A DNA stretch of 63,749 bases, filler included. It is 7 parts of 7 records of this genome, joined end to end, with 100 filler letters (N's around TTAATTAATTAA, not from the genome) between each part and the next. Parts side by side here need not be neighbours in the genome. Positions count along the whole stretch, not along the records: positions 19,171 to 36,926 come from SRR31156797_23624; 6 more parts are not named here. The stretch is one strand, 5' to 3'. Below the pieces are notes generated by a model. That model searched no databases and was not told the origin of the DNA. It saw only the letters and a list, made by a program, of their open reading frames with translations. Both the position numbers and the translations under genes were made by a program. This document shows, piece after piece, positions 19,515 to 31,353 of this stretch. The first letter of the stretch is position 1, and each line of letters begins with the position of its first letter.

Positions 19515-20669
19515 ATGGCTAAGCACCTGTTTACTTCTGAATCAGTATCAGAGGGACATCCAGATAAAATCGCAGACCAAATCTCAGATGCGGTTCTAGA
19601 TGCCATTTTGGAACAAGATCCTAAAGCACGCGTTGCTTGTGAAACTTACGTAAAAACCGGCATGGTTATGGTTGGTGGTGAGATCACAACTTCTGCATGG
19701 GTTGATATTGAAGAACTCACTCGTCAAACAGTTCGCGAAATTGGTTATGTTCACTCAGATATGGGTTTTGATGCTGACTCTTGTGCAGTTCTAAACACCA
19801 TCGGGAAACAGTCTCCAGATATCAACCAAGGTGTTGATAAAGCAGATCCTAAAGAACAAGGTGCCGGCGACCAAGGTATTATGTTCGGTTACGCATGTAA
19901 CGAGACTGAAGTACTGATGCCTGCTCCAATTACTTACTCGCATCTATTAGTACAAAAGCAAGCTGAAGTTCGTAAGAACGGCACACTTCCTTGGTTACGC
20001 CCAGACGCAAAATCACAGGTAACATTCCAGTACGATCAAGGTAAGATTGTTGGTATCGATGCAGTTGTTCTTTCAACTCAGCACTGTGACTCAATCTCAA
20101 CTCCAGATTTGCGTGAAGCAGTGATGGAAGAGATCATCAAACCAGTACTACCATCAGAGTGGATTAATAAAGACACTAATTTCTTCATCAACCCAACTGG
20201 TCGCTTCGTTATCGGCGGTCCTATGGGTGACTGTGGCCTAACGGGTCGTAAGATCATCGTTGATACCTACGGCGGCGCAGCTCGTCACGGTGGTGGTGCA
20301 TTCTCTGGTAAAGATCCATCAAAAGTTGACCGTTCGGCAGCATACGCAGCGCGCTACGTAGCGAAAAACATCGTTGCAGCGGGTATGGCTGATCGTTGTG
20401 AAATCCAACTTTCTTACGCTATCGGTGTTGCCGATCCAACATCTATCATGGTTGAAACGTTTGGTACTGAGAAAGTATCACACGACGTAATCATCGCAGC
20501 TGTTCGTCAGTTCTTCGATCTACGTCCATACGGCCTACAAGAAATGTTAAACCTACTTCAACCTATCTACAAGAAAACGGCTGCATACGGACACTTCGGT
20601 CGTGAAGAGTTCCCTTGGGAAGCAACAGATAAAGTTGAAGCGCTACGCGACTTCGCTAATCTTAAGTAA
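19515..20669 (+). CDS. metK: S-adenosylmethionine synthase
   Basis: [28 protein letters not shown]. Start set at the ATG after GGAG. Confidence 0.98.
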   Translation: MAKHLFTSESVSEGHPDKIADQISDAVLDAILEQDPKARVACETYVKTGMVMVGGEITTSAWVDIEELTRQTVREIGYVHSDMGFDADSCAVLNTIGKQSPDINQGVDKADPKEQGAGDQGIMFGYACNETEVLMPAPITYSHLLVQKQAEVRKNGTLPWLRPDAKSQVTFQYDQGKIVGIDAVVLSTQHCDSISTPDLREAVMEEIIKPVLPSEWINKDTNFFINPTGRFVIGGPMGDCGLTGRKIIVDTYGGAARHGGGAFSGKDPSKVDRSAAYAARYVAKNIVAAGMADRCEIQLSYAIGVADPTSIMVETFGTEKVSHDVIIAAVRQFFDLRPYGLQEMLNLLQPIYKKTAAYGHFGREEFPWEATDKVEALRDFANLK

Positions 20670-20687
20670 CACGCTGAACTTAAGTAG

Positions 20688-20720
20688 AAGGCCTCTCCAA
20701 ATGGAGAGGCCTTTTGTTTT
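20688..20720 (+). terminator. Intrinsic terminator after metK
   Basis: AAGGCCTCTCCA-AA-TGGAGAGGCCTT followed by TTGTTTT. Confidence 0.9.
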
Positions 20721-20797
20721 GCGGCTTGTCTATTTTTACAATTGGAAAGATTAAAAATTAACCAATAAATTTGTATTTTCTATTCTTGTCACCAATA

Positions 20798-20812
20798 GTT
20801 AATAAAGTGTTA
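20798..20812 (+). promoter_or_regulatory. Candidate ArcA box upstream of the DUF2189 gene
   Basis: GTTAATAAAGTGTTA, 13/15 match to GTTAATTAAATGTTA. Confidence 0.45.
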
Positions 20813-20924
20813 ATTGTTACTTTTATTTAACACAAAAGTAATACTAACTGTGTGCGTGATTCAGAATGAACTGAGCGACGTACGACAGCTTTATCATTCA
20901 CTGCCATTTATTCTGGGAGGATTT

Positions 20925-21719
20925 ATGCCTCGTACGATAGAACCTTCTGACTTCGACCATAAGCATAAAGAAGTCAGTCATCAGGAATACGCTCGCACGC
21001 TGCCATGTAACAAAGTTGAAGTATCAGCACCGCTACACTGGCTTGCGTTAGGTTTACATGACTTTATTCGATTACCTCTCGTCAGTGCCTTTTACGGGCT
21101 ATGTTTTATGGCTGCTGCTGTCGGCATTGTTCTGTTAATTCAATGGCAAGGTACACATCTAGTTATCATGCCAGCATTAGTCGTCTATATGTTAATCGGC
21201 CCATTCTTAGCGCTCGGTCTTTATGATGCTTCATGGCAAAGAGAAAGAGGCCGAGACGCAGGGTTGTTCCATTCAATGAAAGCGATAACCCGCAACAGCA
21301 CCTCGCAATGGATGTTTGCTGTGGCGCTTGCCGTCGCTATGATATTTTGGATGAGAATTGCGGCACTACTTCATGCCTTATATCCCTCAGTTCAAGGTGC
21401 ACCATTAACCGAGTTTCTGCCCTTCTTAGTGATCGGCTCTCTGGTTGGCTTTGTTATCGCGTGCGTGATTTTCAGTATCTCCGCGTTTTCGATTCCATTA
21501 ATGATGGAAAGACGCGTTGACGTGATGACCGCGGTATTCAGTAGCTTTAATGCCGTCAAATCGAATATCCCAGCGATGATCGTATGGGCAGCTCTCATTT
21601 GTGGCGGTATCTTGGTTGGCTTCGCAACCTACGGAATTGGTATGTTATTCACCATGCCAATACTCGGTTATGCGACATGGCATGGATACCAAGCTACAAT
21701 TAAGAAAAAACACCATTAA
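20925..21719 (+). CDS. DUF2189 family integral membrane protein
   Basis: WLALGLHDF...GPFLALGLYDAS...MPILGYATWHGY; multiple TM helices; GGGAGG RBS before ATG 20925. Confidence 0.85.
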   Translation: MPRTIEPSDFDHKHKEVSHQEYARTLPCNKVEVSAPLHWLALGLHDFIRLPLVSAFYGLCFMAAAVGIVLLIQWQGTHLVIMPALVVYMLIGPFLALGLYDASWQRERGRDAGLFHSMKAITRNSTSQWMFAVALAVAMIFWMRIAALLHALYPSVQGAPLTEFLPFLVIGSLVGFVIACVIFSISAFSIPLMMERRVDVMTAVFSSFNAVKSNIPAMIVWAALICGGILVGFATYGIGMLFTMPILGYATWHGYQATIKKKHH

Positions 21720-21826
21720 GGTCTCCTGCCTTCTTTTATCGATACGGCTCTAGACACATCATCAGAGATAAAAGAAGTTTGGTGTGATAATCTCCCCAGC
21801 ACCTTGTTAAGGTACTGGGGATTTTT

Positions 21827-22339
21827 TTGGAGCACACATTGGTAGATTTTGAACTTAAATATCAAGCGTTATCGCGAATCAAGCAGTGTGTAGATCAAGC
21901 TTCACAGTATTTTGACCAAGCATTCGATATTCCCAACATCAGCTATCGTCTAAGAGGAAAAGCTGCGGGTAAAGCCTACCTGCAGTTGTGGGAGATACGT
22001 TTAAACCCAGTCTTGTTTAAAGAAAACCGCCAAACTTTTCTCGAAGAAGTGATTCCTCATGAAATAGCCCATCTCATCACCTACGCCGTCTACGGACGTG
22101 TAAAACCGCACGGTAAAGAGTGGCAAACAGTGATGAATCAAGTGTTCAACTTACCCGCCAATACAACGCACAAAATGTCTGTGACTTCAGTACAAGGAAA
22201 AACCTTCGCTTACCAATGCGCTTGTAACCAATATCCGCTTTCAATTCGACGTCACAACAAGGTGCTACGTAACCAAGCGAGTTACCGTTGCCAACAATGC
22301 AAACAAACGCTCACTTATACTGGCGTTCAACTGAGCTAA
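21827..22339 (+). CDS. sprT: SprT family zinc metalloprotease
   Basis: HEIAH, PHGKEW, C-terminal CxC/CxxC. Confidence 0.93.
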   Translation: MEHTLVDFELKYQALSRIKQCVDQASQYFDQAFDIPNISYRLRGKAAGKAYLQLWEIRLNPVLFKENRQTFLEEVIPHEIAHLITYAVYGRVKPHGKEWQTVMNQVFNLPANTTHKMSVTSVQGKTFAYQCACNQYPLSIRRHNKVLRNQASYRCQQCKQTLTYTGVQLS

Positions 22340-22452
22340 GATCCTTTGCGATACAACTCATTCTTTCGGATTGTTATAACAACTTTTCTATCAGCTAGAT
22401 TTAAAAATATAGGATGTTAGACTGTAAAAAATAATAAATTACAGTTCAACAT

Positions 22453-23154
22453 ATGCTTAAAATTCGCTCAGTGCTTGCCGGTATTTTAGTGCTCGTGAGC
22501 CACGCATCTTTCGCTGATTTTCCCAGCTCATTCTCTCAAGCCAAAAAGCTCTCCCTGAAAATTTATCAAGACCACCCCGTTTCCTTTTATTGTGGTTGTG
22601 AAATCAATTGGCAAGGGAAGAGAGGCATCCCTCAATTAGATCAATGTGGTTACCAAGTTCGTAAACAACAAAAACGAGCCAGCCGCATTGAATGGGAACA
22701 CGTTGTTCCTGCTTGGCAATTTGGCCACCAGCGTCAATGTTGGCAGGAAGGCGGACGTAAGCTTTGCAGTAAAAGCGATACTGTCTTTCGTCGTATGGAA
22801 GCCGACTTACACAACTTAACGCCTGCCATTGGTGAAGTTAACGGCGACCGTTCTAATTTTAACTTTAGCCAGTGGAACGGGTTAGATGGTGTGACGTACG
22901 GACAATGCGAAATGCAGGTCAACTTCAAGGGGCGTAAAGCGATGCCTCCAGAAAGAGCTCGTGGTGCCATTGCACGCACTTACCTTTATATGAGTGCAGA
23001 GCATGGTTTTAAACTTTCCAGCTCACAAACCAAACTGATGCAAGCTTGGAATAAAACCTACCCTATCGATGATTGGGAGTGCACCCGTGAAGAACGCATT
23101 TTCAAAGTTCAGGGCAATCGAAACCCCTTTGTTTACGAACAATGCCAACAGTAA
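22453..23154 (+). CDS. endA: Periplasmic/extracellular endonuclease I (Dns/EndA)
   Basis: Signal peptide, [40 protein letters not shown]. Confidence 0.95.
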   Translation: MLKIRSVLAGILVLVSHASFADFPSSFSQAKKLSLKIYQDHPVSFYCGCEINWQGKRGIPQLDQCGYQVRKQQKRASRIEWEHVVPAWQFGHQRQCWQEGGRKLCSKSDTVFRRMEADLHNLTPAIGEVNGDRSNFNFSQWNGLDGVTYGQCEMQVNFKGRKAMPPERARGAIARTYLYMSAEHGFKLSSSQTKLMQAWNKTYPIDDWECTREERIFKVQGNRNPFVYEQCQQ

Positions 23155-23285
23155 CGCCCCCCACCACTAATTAAAGCTAATCTTGTGGGGAATTCACTGT
23201 TCCCCCTTGTTTTTTTTGCCTAAAGCATCCATGTTAAAGCCAGATATCCCTCGCTATCACTCAGCAACAAAACTAGGAATAATGC

Positions 23286-24017
23286 ATGCGAATCCCACGT
23301 ATCTATCATCCACACCCAATAACTCAACTTGGGTCTCTCAATCTTGACGATGATGCAGCAAACCACATCGGCAGAGTATTGCGGATGAAAGAAGGACAAC
23401 AAGTTGTTCTGTTTGATGGTCTTGGTGCAGAGTTTCCAGCCGTGATTAGCGAAAGTGGCAAAAAACAGGTCACTGTTAATGTGACGAAGCGAGTGGATCA
23501 CGACAGTGAGTCTCCCTTAGATCTACATTTAGGTCAGGTCATTTCACGTGGTGACAAAATGGAATTCACCATTCAGAAATCAGTTGAGTTAGGCGTAAAC
23601 ACCATTACACCTCTCCTATCAGAACGTTGTGGCATCAAGCTAGATGAAAAGCGTTTTGAGAAAAAACTACAACAATGGCAGAAGATTGCGATCAGTGCCT
23701 GTGAGCAGTGTGGTCGTAACGTCGTACCTGAGATTCGCCCGGTGATACAGCTTGAAGAGTGGTGCGCAGAGCCAAGTGATGCGCTTAAGCTCAACCTACA
23801 TCCTCGTGCTCAATACTCAATTAATACATTACCTGAGCCGGTGAACAAAGTTCGTTTGTTAATCGGTCCTGAAGGTGGTCTGTCAGAAAAAGAGATCGAT
23901 ATGACCACAAAATACAACTTTGAAGAAACGTTGCTTGGACCTCGTGTCCTGCGTACAGAAACTGCAGCGTTAACCGCAATTACAGCCTTACAAGTTCGCT
24001 TTGGCGATCTTGGATAA
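23286..24017 (+). CDS. rsmE: 16S rRNA m3U1498 methyltransferase
   Basis: [40 protein letters not shown]. Confidence 0.97.
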   Translation: MRIPRIYHPHPITQLGSLNLDDDAANHIGRVLRMKEGQQVVLFDGLGAEFPAVISESGKKQVTVNVTKRVDHDSESPLDLHLGQVISRGDKMEFTIQKSVELGVNTITPLLSERCGIKLDEKRFEKKLQQWQKIAISACEQCGRNVVPEIRPVIQLEEWCAEPSDALKLNLHPRAQYSINTLPEPVNKVRLLIGPEGGLSEKEIDMTTKYNFEETLLGPRVLRTETAALTAITALQVRFGDLG

Positions 24018-24029
24018 CGGAGACGATCA

Positions 24030-24986
24030 ATGATTAAACTCGGCATCGTAATGGATCCCATTTCATCCATTAATATTAAAAAAGATTCTAGCTTCGCGAT
24101 GATGTTAGAAGCGCAACGTCGTGGCTATGAAATCCATTATATGGAGATGAATGATCTACACTTAGATCAGGGTGTAGCCATTGCCGATACAAAAGTGGTC
24201 GAACTGAAAGAAGATCCAAATGGTTGGTATGAGTTCAAATCAGAGCAAACCATTAAGCTATCTGAACTTGATGCGGTATTAATGCGTAAAGATCCTCCAT
24301 TCGATACTGAATACATTTACGCAACTTACATTCTGGAACGAGCTGAAGACGAAGGCACGTTGATCGTTAACAAGCCTCAAAGCTTACGAGACTGTAATGA
24401 AAAACTGTTTACTGCTTGGTTCCCAGAGTTAACACCAACCACTATCGTGACTCGTAAAGCAGAGAAAATTAAAGAGTTCAGAGAAAAACACGGTGATGTG
24501 ATCCTGAAACCTCTTGATGGTATGGGTGGTGCTTCCATTTTCCGAGTAAAAGAGGGCGATCCAAACGTATCAGTGATCATCGAAACGTTGACCAACCATG
24601 GTCAAAATTACTGCATGGCTCAGACATTTGTGCCTGATATTAGTAATGGTGACAAACGTATCTTGGTTGTCGATGGTGAGCCCATGCCGTATTGCTTAGC
24701 TCGTATTCCAGCGAAAGGCGAAACTCGCGGAAACCTTGCTGCAGGTGGCCGTGGTGAAGCTCGCCCATTAAGTGAAACTGACAAGCAAATTGCGTTAGCT
24801 GTTGCTCCAACACTAAAAGAAAAAGGTCTGATTTTTGTTGGCCTGGATGTTATTGGTGACAAGTTAACAGAAATTAACGTAACCAGTCCGACTTGTATTC
24901 GTGAAATAGAAGCCGCTTTCGATGTTTCAATTACAGGCAAACTCATGGATGCCATTGAAACAAGAATTAAAGCGATGACAATGTAA
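24030..24986 (+). CDS. gshB: Glutathione synthetase
   Basis: [31 protein letters not shown]. Confidence 0.97.
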   Translation: MIKLGIVMDPISSINIKKDSSFAMMLEAQRRGYEIHYMEMNDLHLDQGVAIADTKVVELKEDPNGWYEFKSEQTIKLSELDAVLMRKDPPFDTEYIYATYILERAEDEGTLIVNKPQSLRDCNEKLFTAWFPELTPTTIVTRKAEKIKEFREKHGDVILKPLDGMGGASIFRVKEGDPNVSVIIETLTNHGQNYCMAQTFVPDISNGDKRILVVDGEPMPYCLARIPAKGETRGNLAAGGRGEARPLSETDKQIALAVAPTLKEKGLIFVGLDVIGDKLTEINVTSPTCIREIEAAFDVSITGKLMDAIETRIKAMTM

Positions 24987-25000
24987 GGCTAAAGCCTTCG

Positions 25001-25037
25001 CCTCAAGAGAAGTTTCATCATCTAACTTCTCTTGAGG
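25001..25037. repeat. Perfect 14-bp inverted repeat between gshB and yqgE
   Basis: CCTCAAGAGAAGTT-N9-AACTTCTCTTGAGG with no U-tract; possibly an mRNA-stabilising hairpin. Confidence 0.6.
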
Positions 25038-25063
25038 AACAACTATTCGAGGTTGGAGATACT

Positions 25064-25627
25064 ATGAATCTTACCAATCACTTTCTCGTCGCTATGCCGA
25101 GTATGAAAGACCCATATTTTCAACACAGTGTGATTTATATCTGTGAGCACAATGCCGATGGTGCAATGGGATTAATGATCAATTCACCGATTGATATTAC
25201 GGTAGGTGGAATGCTCAAACAGGTTGATGTTGAACCCGCATACCCTCAGTCACAGACAAAAAGTCTGACGGAGCCTGTGTTCAACGGCGGTCCTGTATCT
25301 GAAGATCGTGGTTTCATTCTGCATCGCCCAAGAGATCATTATGAATCCAGCGTAAAAATGACGGATGACATTGCGGTCACCACATCCAAAGATATTCTTT
25401 CGGTACTAGGTACGGATGCTGAACCACAAGGCTATATTGTGGCTTTGGGTTATTCAGGTTGGGAAGCGGGTCAATTAGAGAATGAGTTATCAGAAAACTC
25501 GTGGCTGACTATTGAGGCGGATTCCGACCTCATTTTTAACACCCCATCCAGAGATAAGTGGAACAAAGCGATTCAGAAGCTCGGCATTGACCCGGTCCAG
25601 TTGTCTGGCGATGCTGGCCACGCCTAA
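25064..25627 (+). CDS. yqgE: YqgE/AlgH family protein
   Basis: [28 protein letters not shown] end. Confidence 0.95.
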   Translation: MNLTNHFLVAMPSMKDPYFQHSVIYICEHNADGAMGLMINSPIDITVGGMLKQVDVEPAYPQSQTKSLTEPVFNGGPVSEDRGFILHRPRDHYESSVKMTDDIAVTTSKDILSVLGTDAEPQGYIVALGYSGWEAGQLENELSENSWLTIEADSDLIFNTPSRDKWNKAIQKLGIDPVQLSGDAGHA

Positions 25628-25684
25628 CCTATAGCGTTCCCTTACATCCAGCGAACGCTTTTTTCATTTTTCAGAGAGTTTTAC

Positions 25685-26110
25685 ATGTCTCGAACTATCA
25701 TGTCTTTCGACTACGGTACTAAAAGTATCGGCAGTGCAATCGGTCAAGAGATCACGGGCACAGCGTCGCCTTTAAAAGCCTTTAAAGCGAATGACGGTAT
25801 TCCAAATTGGGATGATATCGAAAAACAAATCAAAGAGTGGAAACCTGATCTTATCATTGTGGGTTTACCCACTGATCTACACGGTAAAGATTTAGAAACC
25901 ATAACCCCTAGAGCCAAAAAGTTTGCTAACCGTCTTCATGGCCGTTTCGGTGTACTGGTAGAGCTGCATGATGAACGATTATCAACCGCAGAAGCTAGAG
26001 CGGAACTGTTTTCCATGGGCGGATACAAAGCCTTAAGTAAAGGCAATATCGACTGCCAATCCGCCGTGGTGATTTTAGAAAGCTGGTTTGAAAGTCAGTG
26101 GGGTGAATAA
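25685..26110 (+). CDS. ruvX: Pre-16S rRNA nuclease YqgF/RuvX
   Basis: [30 protein letters not shown]. Confidence 0.95.
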   Translation: MSRTIMSFDYGTKSIGSAIGQEITGTASPLKAFKANDGIPNWDDIEKQIKEWKPDLIIVGLPTDLHGKDLETITPRAKKFANRLHGRFGVLVELHDERLSTAEARAELFSMGGYKALSKGNIDCQSAVVILESWFESQWGE

Positions 26111-26154
26111 TATTTTAAGCATCTCCCCCCTCTAAGAGGGGGCAATACCTCACA

Positions 26155-27261
26155 TTAATCCATATCTATCTGCACATTATCCAGAGCACCTGAGGTGGCT
26201 ATATCTCCTCGCTGAGTCTTAAGCATCATACGCAAATCATTCGGAGAGTCTGCACTGTGCATGGCATCCTGCTCAGTAATTTTATCCTCAAGTAAAAGCT
26301 GATAAAGCGCCTGATCAAAGGTTTGCATACCGATTTCCTTCGACTTGGCCATGGTCATTTTCAATTCGTGCAATTCTCCTTTACGAATCAAATCTGAAAC
26401 TCGTGGGGAATTAAGCAAAATCTCAAATACCCCATGACGCCCGTTACCGTTCTTATCGCGAATCAGTTGCTGTCCAACCACACCACGTAAGTTCATTGAA
26501 AGGTCAAACAGAAACTGTTCTTTCTGCTCTTTAGGCACTAAATGCAAAATACGCTCTAATGCCTGATTGGCATTGTTCGCGTGCAAGGTTGCCATACACA
26601 AATGACCGGTTTCAGCGAAGGTCATCGCGTATTCCATCGTTTCTCGACTGCGAATTTCACCAATCAAGATCATATCTGGCGCCTGACGCAGAGAGTTCTT
26701 TAAAGCAACTTCGTAGCTTTCAGTATCTAACCCCACTTCACGCTGAGTCACAATACAGCCCTGATGCTCATGCACAAATTCAATGGGATCTTCCACCGTC
26801 AAAATATGACCGGACTTATGACGATTCCGATACCCCGTCATTGCTGCCATTGTGGTGGATTTACCCGATCCTGTCGCACCAACCACCAGCACCAAACCAC
26901 GTTTAGCGATAGCTAAATCCTGCAATACGTCTGGTAATTTTAGATCTTCAAAGGTCGGGATTTGCGTTTCGATGCGGCGTATTACTGCACCGGGCAATTC
27001 TCGCTGATAGAAAGCACTAACGCGGAATCGCCCTCCTTCTCTGACAACGGCAAAGTTTGCTTCTCGCGAGTGATTAAACTCATTACAGCGGTCTTCATCC
27101 ATGATTTCATTTAACAGAGCCAGAACTTGCTGTTCCGAGAGACTTTCTCCCTGAGGGCGCATCTCACCGTCAACCCGCAATAACACAGGAGCCCCTACAG
27201 TGATATATAAATCGGACGCTTTCAGCGCAGCCATACTTTGCAGATAATGATTCAATTCCAT
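26155..27261 (-). CDS. pilU: Type IV pilus retraction ATPase PilU
   Basis: GATGSGKST, TVEDPIEF, LRQAPD, TLHANNANQ; downstream of pilT. Confidence 0.95.
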   Translation of the reverse strand: MELNHYLQSMAALKASDLYITVGAPVLLRVDGEMRPQGESLSEQQVLALLNEIMDEDRCNEFNHSREANFAVVREGGRFRVSAFYQRELPGAVIRRIETQIPTFEDLKLPDVLQDLAIAKRGLVLVVGATGSGKSTTMAAMTGYRNRHKSGHILTVEDPIEFVHEHQGCIVTQREVGLDTESYEVALKNSLRQAPDMILIGEIRSRETMEYAMTFAETGHLCMATLHANNANQALERILHLVPKEQKEQFLFDLSMNLRGVVGQQLIRDKNGNGRHGVFEILLNSPRVSDLIRKGELHELKMTMAKSKEIGMQTFDQALYQLLLEDKITEQDAMHSADSPNDLRMMLKTQRGDIATSGALDNVQIDMD

Positions 27262-27284
27262 TACTTTCCCTTTCGACTGCCTAG

Positions 27285-28322
27285 TTAAAACGCTGAAGTT
27301 TCTGATTCGATTTTCTTCTGAACTTCCTCAGGATCAACTAATCCTTGAGCCAGTAACTGCTTTGAGTTTTGCTCCATCGTTTGCATGCCGTGTGCCGCCC
27401 CCGTTTGAATGATGGAGTACATCTGCGCCACTTTGTCTTCACGGATTAAGTTACGAATTGCTGGTGTTGCCATCATAATTTCGTGACAAGCCACTCGTCC
27501 GCCACCATTACGTTTTAACAGCTTCTGAGCGATAACAGCTCGCAATGACTCCGACAGCATAGAACGCACCATATCTTTGTCGTTACCCGGGAAAACATCA
27601 ATAATACGGTCGATGGTTTTTGCCGCAGAGCTAGTGTGCAGAGTGCCAAAGACTAAGTGTCCGGTTTCAGCCGCGGTTAACGCTAAGCTGATCGTTTCTT
27701 GATCGCGAAGCTCACCAACCAGAATGACATCAGGATCTTCACGCAAAGCCGAACGTAGTGCATTTTTAAAACTGTGCGTATCACGGTGTACTTCGCGTTG
27801 GTTGATCAGACATTTGTTATTGGTATGTACAAATTCGATTGGATCTTCAATGGTCAAAATGTGTTTGTTGTGATTAGCGTTGATGTAATCGACCATTGCC
27901 GCCAATGTGGTGGATTTACCAGAACCGGTTGGGCCTGTAACCAGAATCAACCCTTTCTCATAGTTCGCAATCTTGCTGAAAATTTCCGGAGCATCCAGCT
28001 GATCAAGTGTTGGGATAACGGTTGGAATTGTCCGAAATACTGCGGAACAACCACGCGCCTGATGGAAAGCATTAACACGGAAACGCCCGACATCCGGAAG
28101 CTCAAAGGAGAAATCCACTTCCAGCTTCTCTTCAAACTCACTGCGCTGAGCATCATTCATCACTTCAAAAATCAGACGATGCACATCAGCATGAGTAAAA
28201 GCTGGCACGCCAAGCTTCCTTACTTCGCCATCTATACGTACCATAGGTGGAACACCTGCAGAAAGATGTAGATCTGACGCATTATGTTTTACACTAAAAT
28301 CCAGTAACTCAGCGATATTCAT
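27285..28322 (-). CDS. pilT: Type IV pilus retraction ATPase PilT
   Basis: GPTGSGKST, LREDPD, AETGH, AIRNLIRE. Confidence 0.97.
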   Translation of the reverse strand: MNIAELLDFSVKHNASDLHLSAGVPPMVRIDGEVRKLGVPAFTHADVHRLIFEVMNDAQRSEFEEKLEVDFSFELPDVGRFRVNAFHQARGCSAVFRTIPTVIPTLDQLDAPEIFSKIANYEKGLILVTGPTGSGKSTTLAAMVDYINANHNKHILTIEDPIEFVHTNNKCLINQREVHRDTHSFKNALRSALREDPDVILVGELRDQETISLALTAAETGHLVFGTLHTSSAAKTIDRIIDVFPGNDKDMVRSMLSESLRAVIAQKLLKRNGGGRVACHEIMMATPAIRNLIREDKVAQMYSIIQTGAAHGMQTMEQNSKQLLAQGLVDPEEVQKKIESETSAF

Positions 28323-28355
28323 TTATCTGTTTTCCTTAAGAAATAAAGTCAGGCT

Positions 28356-29060
28356 ATGAGTAGTATTCAACAAAATATCAAAGATATCATTTCACAAATT
28401 GAAAACGCACAGCAAAAGTGTGGACGCACTCCAGACTCTGTGCAACTTCTCGCAGTGAGTAAGACGAAACCTGCGGAAGCAATTTTAGAGGCGGCACAAG
28501 CGGGTCAACGCTGTTTTGGCGAAAATTATGTTCAAGAAGGCGTTGATAAAGTGCTGTTTTTTCAACAGCACCATCCAGAGCTTGATCTAGAATGGCATTT
28601 TATCGGACCTCTACAATCAAACAAAACTCGACTGATTGCTGAACATTTTGATTGGATGCACACCATTGACCGAGCCAAAATTGCACAGAGACTCAATGAC
28701 CAACGTCCAGAGGGGATGAACCCTCTGCAAGTGCTTATTCAGGTTAACACTAGTGGCGAAGCTTCCAAATCAGGCATTTCCGAAACTGAAGTATTTGAGC
28801 TGGCCGAATTGATTTCTGGTATGCCCAACCTCATGTTAAGAGGATTGATGTCGATTCCTGAAAACGTATCAGATTACGAATCGCAATTGGCTGCCTTCAA
28901 AAGGCTAGCTGATATCAAACATAAACTGGCAAAAAAATTCCCAAACATTGATACCCTTTCAATGGGTATGAGTGGCGACATGGAAGCTGCGATAGAAGCA
29001 GGAAGTACCATAGTTCGTATTGGTACCGCCGTTTTTGGACAAAGAAATTACAACAAATAA
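28356..29060 (+). CDS. yggS: PLP homeostasis protein YggS
   Basis: LLAVSKT, FGENYVQE, WHFIG, LSMGMSGD. Confidence 0.96.
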   Translation: MSSIQQNIKDIISQIENAQQKCGRTPDSVQLLAVSKTKPAEAILEAAQAGQRCFGENYVQEGVDKVLFFQQHHPELDLEWHFIGPLQSNKTRLIAEHFDWMHTIDRAKIAQRLNDQRPEGMNPLQVLIQVNTSGEASKSGISETEVFELAELISGMPNLMLRGLMSIPENVSDYESQLAAFKRLADIKHKLAKKFPNIDTLSMGMSGDMEAAIEAGSTIVRIGTAVFGQRNYNK

Positions 29061-29077
29061 ATTGGAATAAAGTAAAC

Positions 29078-29896
29078 ATGGAACAGAGAACAATTGCCTT
29101 TATCGGTGCGGGAAACATGGCTCACGCAATTATCGCAGGCTTGGTCGCTAGCGGTTATGATGCAAACAAAATCATTGCGACAGCCCCTTCTGATGTACGT
29201 CGTAAACCATTAGAAGAGAAGTACGGCATTCGTACCACCAGCGATAATCTGGCCGCAGCAAAAGAAGCTGACGTCGTTGTTCTGGCAGTTAAACCGCAGT
29301 TAATGGAAGAAGTCTGTAAACCACTGCAAACTGTCGACTATTCCAACAAGCTGGTGATTTCTATTGCCGCTGGTATTTCAGCGGAACGTTTTAACCAAAT
29401 GCTCGATACGGAACTTCAACTGGTTCGAGTTATGCCAAATACGCCGTCATTGGTAAACAAAGGTATGGCCGGTTTATATGCTTCCGATAACGTTGCTCAG
29501 CAAGATAAAGACTTCACTGCTGATCTAATGTCAGCGGTTGGTGAAGTGTGCTGGGTGGAACACGAATCGGGTATCAATAACGTCATTGCAGCAGCAGGCA
29601 GTGCGCCAGCTTACTTCTTCCTATTTATGCAAGCGATGCAAGAAGAAGCGATAGCCCAAGGTTTTGATCAACAAACGTCACGTCTGCTTGTTCAACAAGC
29701 GGCTTTAGGGGCTGCAGAGATGGTGCAGGCAAACCCAGACGTAACATTGGCGACTCTGCGTGAGCAAGTCACTTCAAAAGGCGGTACAACGGCAGAAGCG
29801 ATTCGAACATTTAACGAACATAATCTTTCAGAAATTGTAGCGAAAGCCATGCAAGCGGCAGTTACAAGAGCTGAAGAGATGGAAAAACTATTTTAA
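29078..29896 (+). CDS. proC: Pyrroline-5-carboxylate reductase
   Basis: FIGAGNM, LAVKPQ, RVMPNTP, VTSKGGTT. Confidence 0.97.
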   Translation: MEQRTIAFIGAGNMAHAIIAGLVASGYDANKIIATAPSDVRRKPLEEKYGIRTTSDNLAAAKEADVVVLAVKPQLMEEVCKPLQTVDYSNKLVISIAAGISAERFNQMLDTELQLVRVMPNTPSLVNKGMAGLYASDNVAQQDKDFTADLMSAVGEVCWVEHESGINNVIAAAGSAPAYFFLFMQAMQEEAIAQGFDQQTSRLLVQQAALGAAEMVQANPDVTLATLREQVTSKGGTTAEAIRTFNEHNLSEIVAKAMQAAVTRAEEMEKLF

Positions 29897-29953
29897 TTTT
29901 GCGCTAACCCAAGCTCTGCTTTGGGTACATTTAAATCGAAATAAGGGCTCTTT

Positions 29954-30511
29954 ATGAACTCAATGAGTTTTCTAATCACCACCGTGTTTGATCTGTATAT
30001 CATGGTCGTGATTTTACGTATCTGGTTGCAAGCGGCACGTGCCGATTTTTACAACCCATTTTCTCAGTTTATTGTCAAAGCGACGCAACCTGTCGTTGCC
30101 CCACTACGCCGTGTGATTCCATCAATCGGTAGTATTGATTTAGCCACAGTACTGTTTGCTTACGTACTGTGTGTATTAAAGTTCGTTGCGATGATATTGA
30201 TTGCTTCGAAAGGCTCAGTCAGCTTTAGCATGGACTTCCTTTTCCTAGGTTTACTGTCTCTAGTTAAAGCGGCAGGTGGCCTACTGTTTTGGGTTCTGTT
30301 GCTACGTGCAATTTTAAGCTGGGTCAGCCAAGGTCGCAGCCCAATCGAATACGTATTCCACCAATTAACTGAGCCAATGCTTGCACCAATTCGTCGTATC
30401 TTGCCTCCTATGGGTGGTTTCGATTTAAGCGTATTGGTTCTGTTTATTGTATTGCAGTTTGCTAACTTCCTAATGGGCGACATCATCGGTCCTCTCTGGT
30501 TTCAACTATAA
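29954..30511 (+). CDS. yggT: YggT family membrane protein
   Basis: Two YGGT repeats (ADFYNP...[20 protein letters not shown]). Confidence 0.93.
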   Translation: MNSMSFLITTVFDLYIMVVILRIWLQAARADFYNPFSQFIVKATQPVVAPLRRVIPSIGSIDLATVLFAYVLCVLKFVAMILIASKGSVSFSMDFLFLGLLSLVKAAGGLLFWVLLLRAILSWVSQGRSPIEYVFHQLTEPMLAPIRRILPPMGGFDLSVLVLFIVLQFANFLMGDIIGPLWFQL

Positions 30512-30801
30512 TGAAAGCAGTTTGGTTTGATGGCGATGACTTGATTTTAAGGCTTTACATACAACCTAAAGCAAGTCGCGACACAATTGTTGGCATTCAC
30601 GGCGATGAACTAAAAATAGCAATAACCGCCCCACCAGTGGATGGAAAAGCCAACACCCATTTGACCAAGTTTTTAGCGAAACAATGCAAAGTGGCAAAAG
30701 GGTTAATCGAAATAGAAAAAGGGGAGCTTGGTAGGCATAAGCAAATTCGAATCATTGCCCCTACTGCGATACCAGAAGCAATCCAAGCTATTATCGAATA
30801 A
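30511..30801 (+). CDS. yggU: DUF167 family protein YggU
   Basis: [24 protein letters not shown]. Confidence 0.93.
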   Translation: MKAVWFDGDDLILRLYIQPKASRDTIVGIHGDELKIAITAPPVDGKANTHLTKFLAKQCKVAKGLIEIEKGELGRHKQIRIIAPTAIPEAIQAIIE

Positions 30802-30882
30802 TCAAACCACTAATAAGTAAAGTAACCGTTCCCCACCCTATGTGGGGAATGTTTTATCTAATAAAAAACAAAGGTAGCCAAT

Positions 30883-31314
30883 ATGCGCCAATGGATGATA
30901 GCCCTACTCCTCGCTTTTATCGCTCTGCCAAGCTCAGCGGCACAATTTCAAAATATCAAAGATGTTGAAGTCCACTATTCGGCGTTCAACTCTACATTTT
31001 TAACCCCGCAAGTTGCCCGTAGCTACAATCTCACTCGTAACGGATATTCAGCGATACTGAATATCAGCGTGTTAGACAACTCATCGTTAGGCAAGCCGGC
31101 AACAGAAGCAAAAGTTTCAGGTAACGTGCGTAGCTTGCTGGGTAATATTCGTAATCTTGAATTCAGTGAAGTAAAAGAAGGTGATGCCATCTACTACCTC
31201 GCTGAATTTCCGATTAACAATGAAGAAGATTTAACGTTTGATATCGATGTAAACGCCGGAACAAAAGGCGCGGGTAAACTGAAATTTACTCAAAAGTTTT
31301 ATGTTGAAGAATAA
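30883..31314 (+). CDS. DUF4426 family exported protein
   Basis: Signal peptide, VHYSAFNSTFL, EGDAIYY; conserved position before rdgB. Confidence 0.85.
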   Translation: MRQWMIALLLAFIALPSSAAQFQNIKDVEVHYSAFNSTFLTPQVARSYNLTRNGYSAILNISVLDNSSLGKPATEAKVSGNVRSLLGNIRNLEFSEVKEGDAIYYLAEFPINNEEDLTFDIDVNAGTKGAGKLKFTQKFYVEE

Positions 31315-31353
31315 ATAACCTGAGTTCAGGTGAGATTAAGAGATTTAAGTAAG

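Noticed and set aside
22421..22445. LexA box upstream of endA
   Set aside because: The palindrome ACTGTAA-N11-TTACAGT has CTGT-N15-ACAG spacing, not the required N8. It may be another operator, but I cannot assign it.
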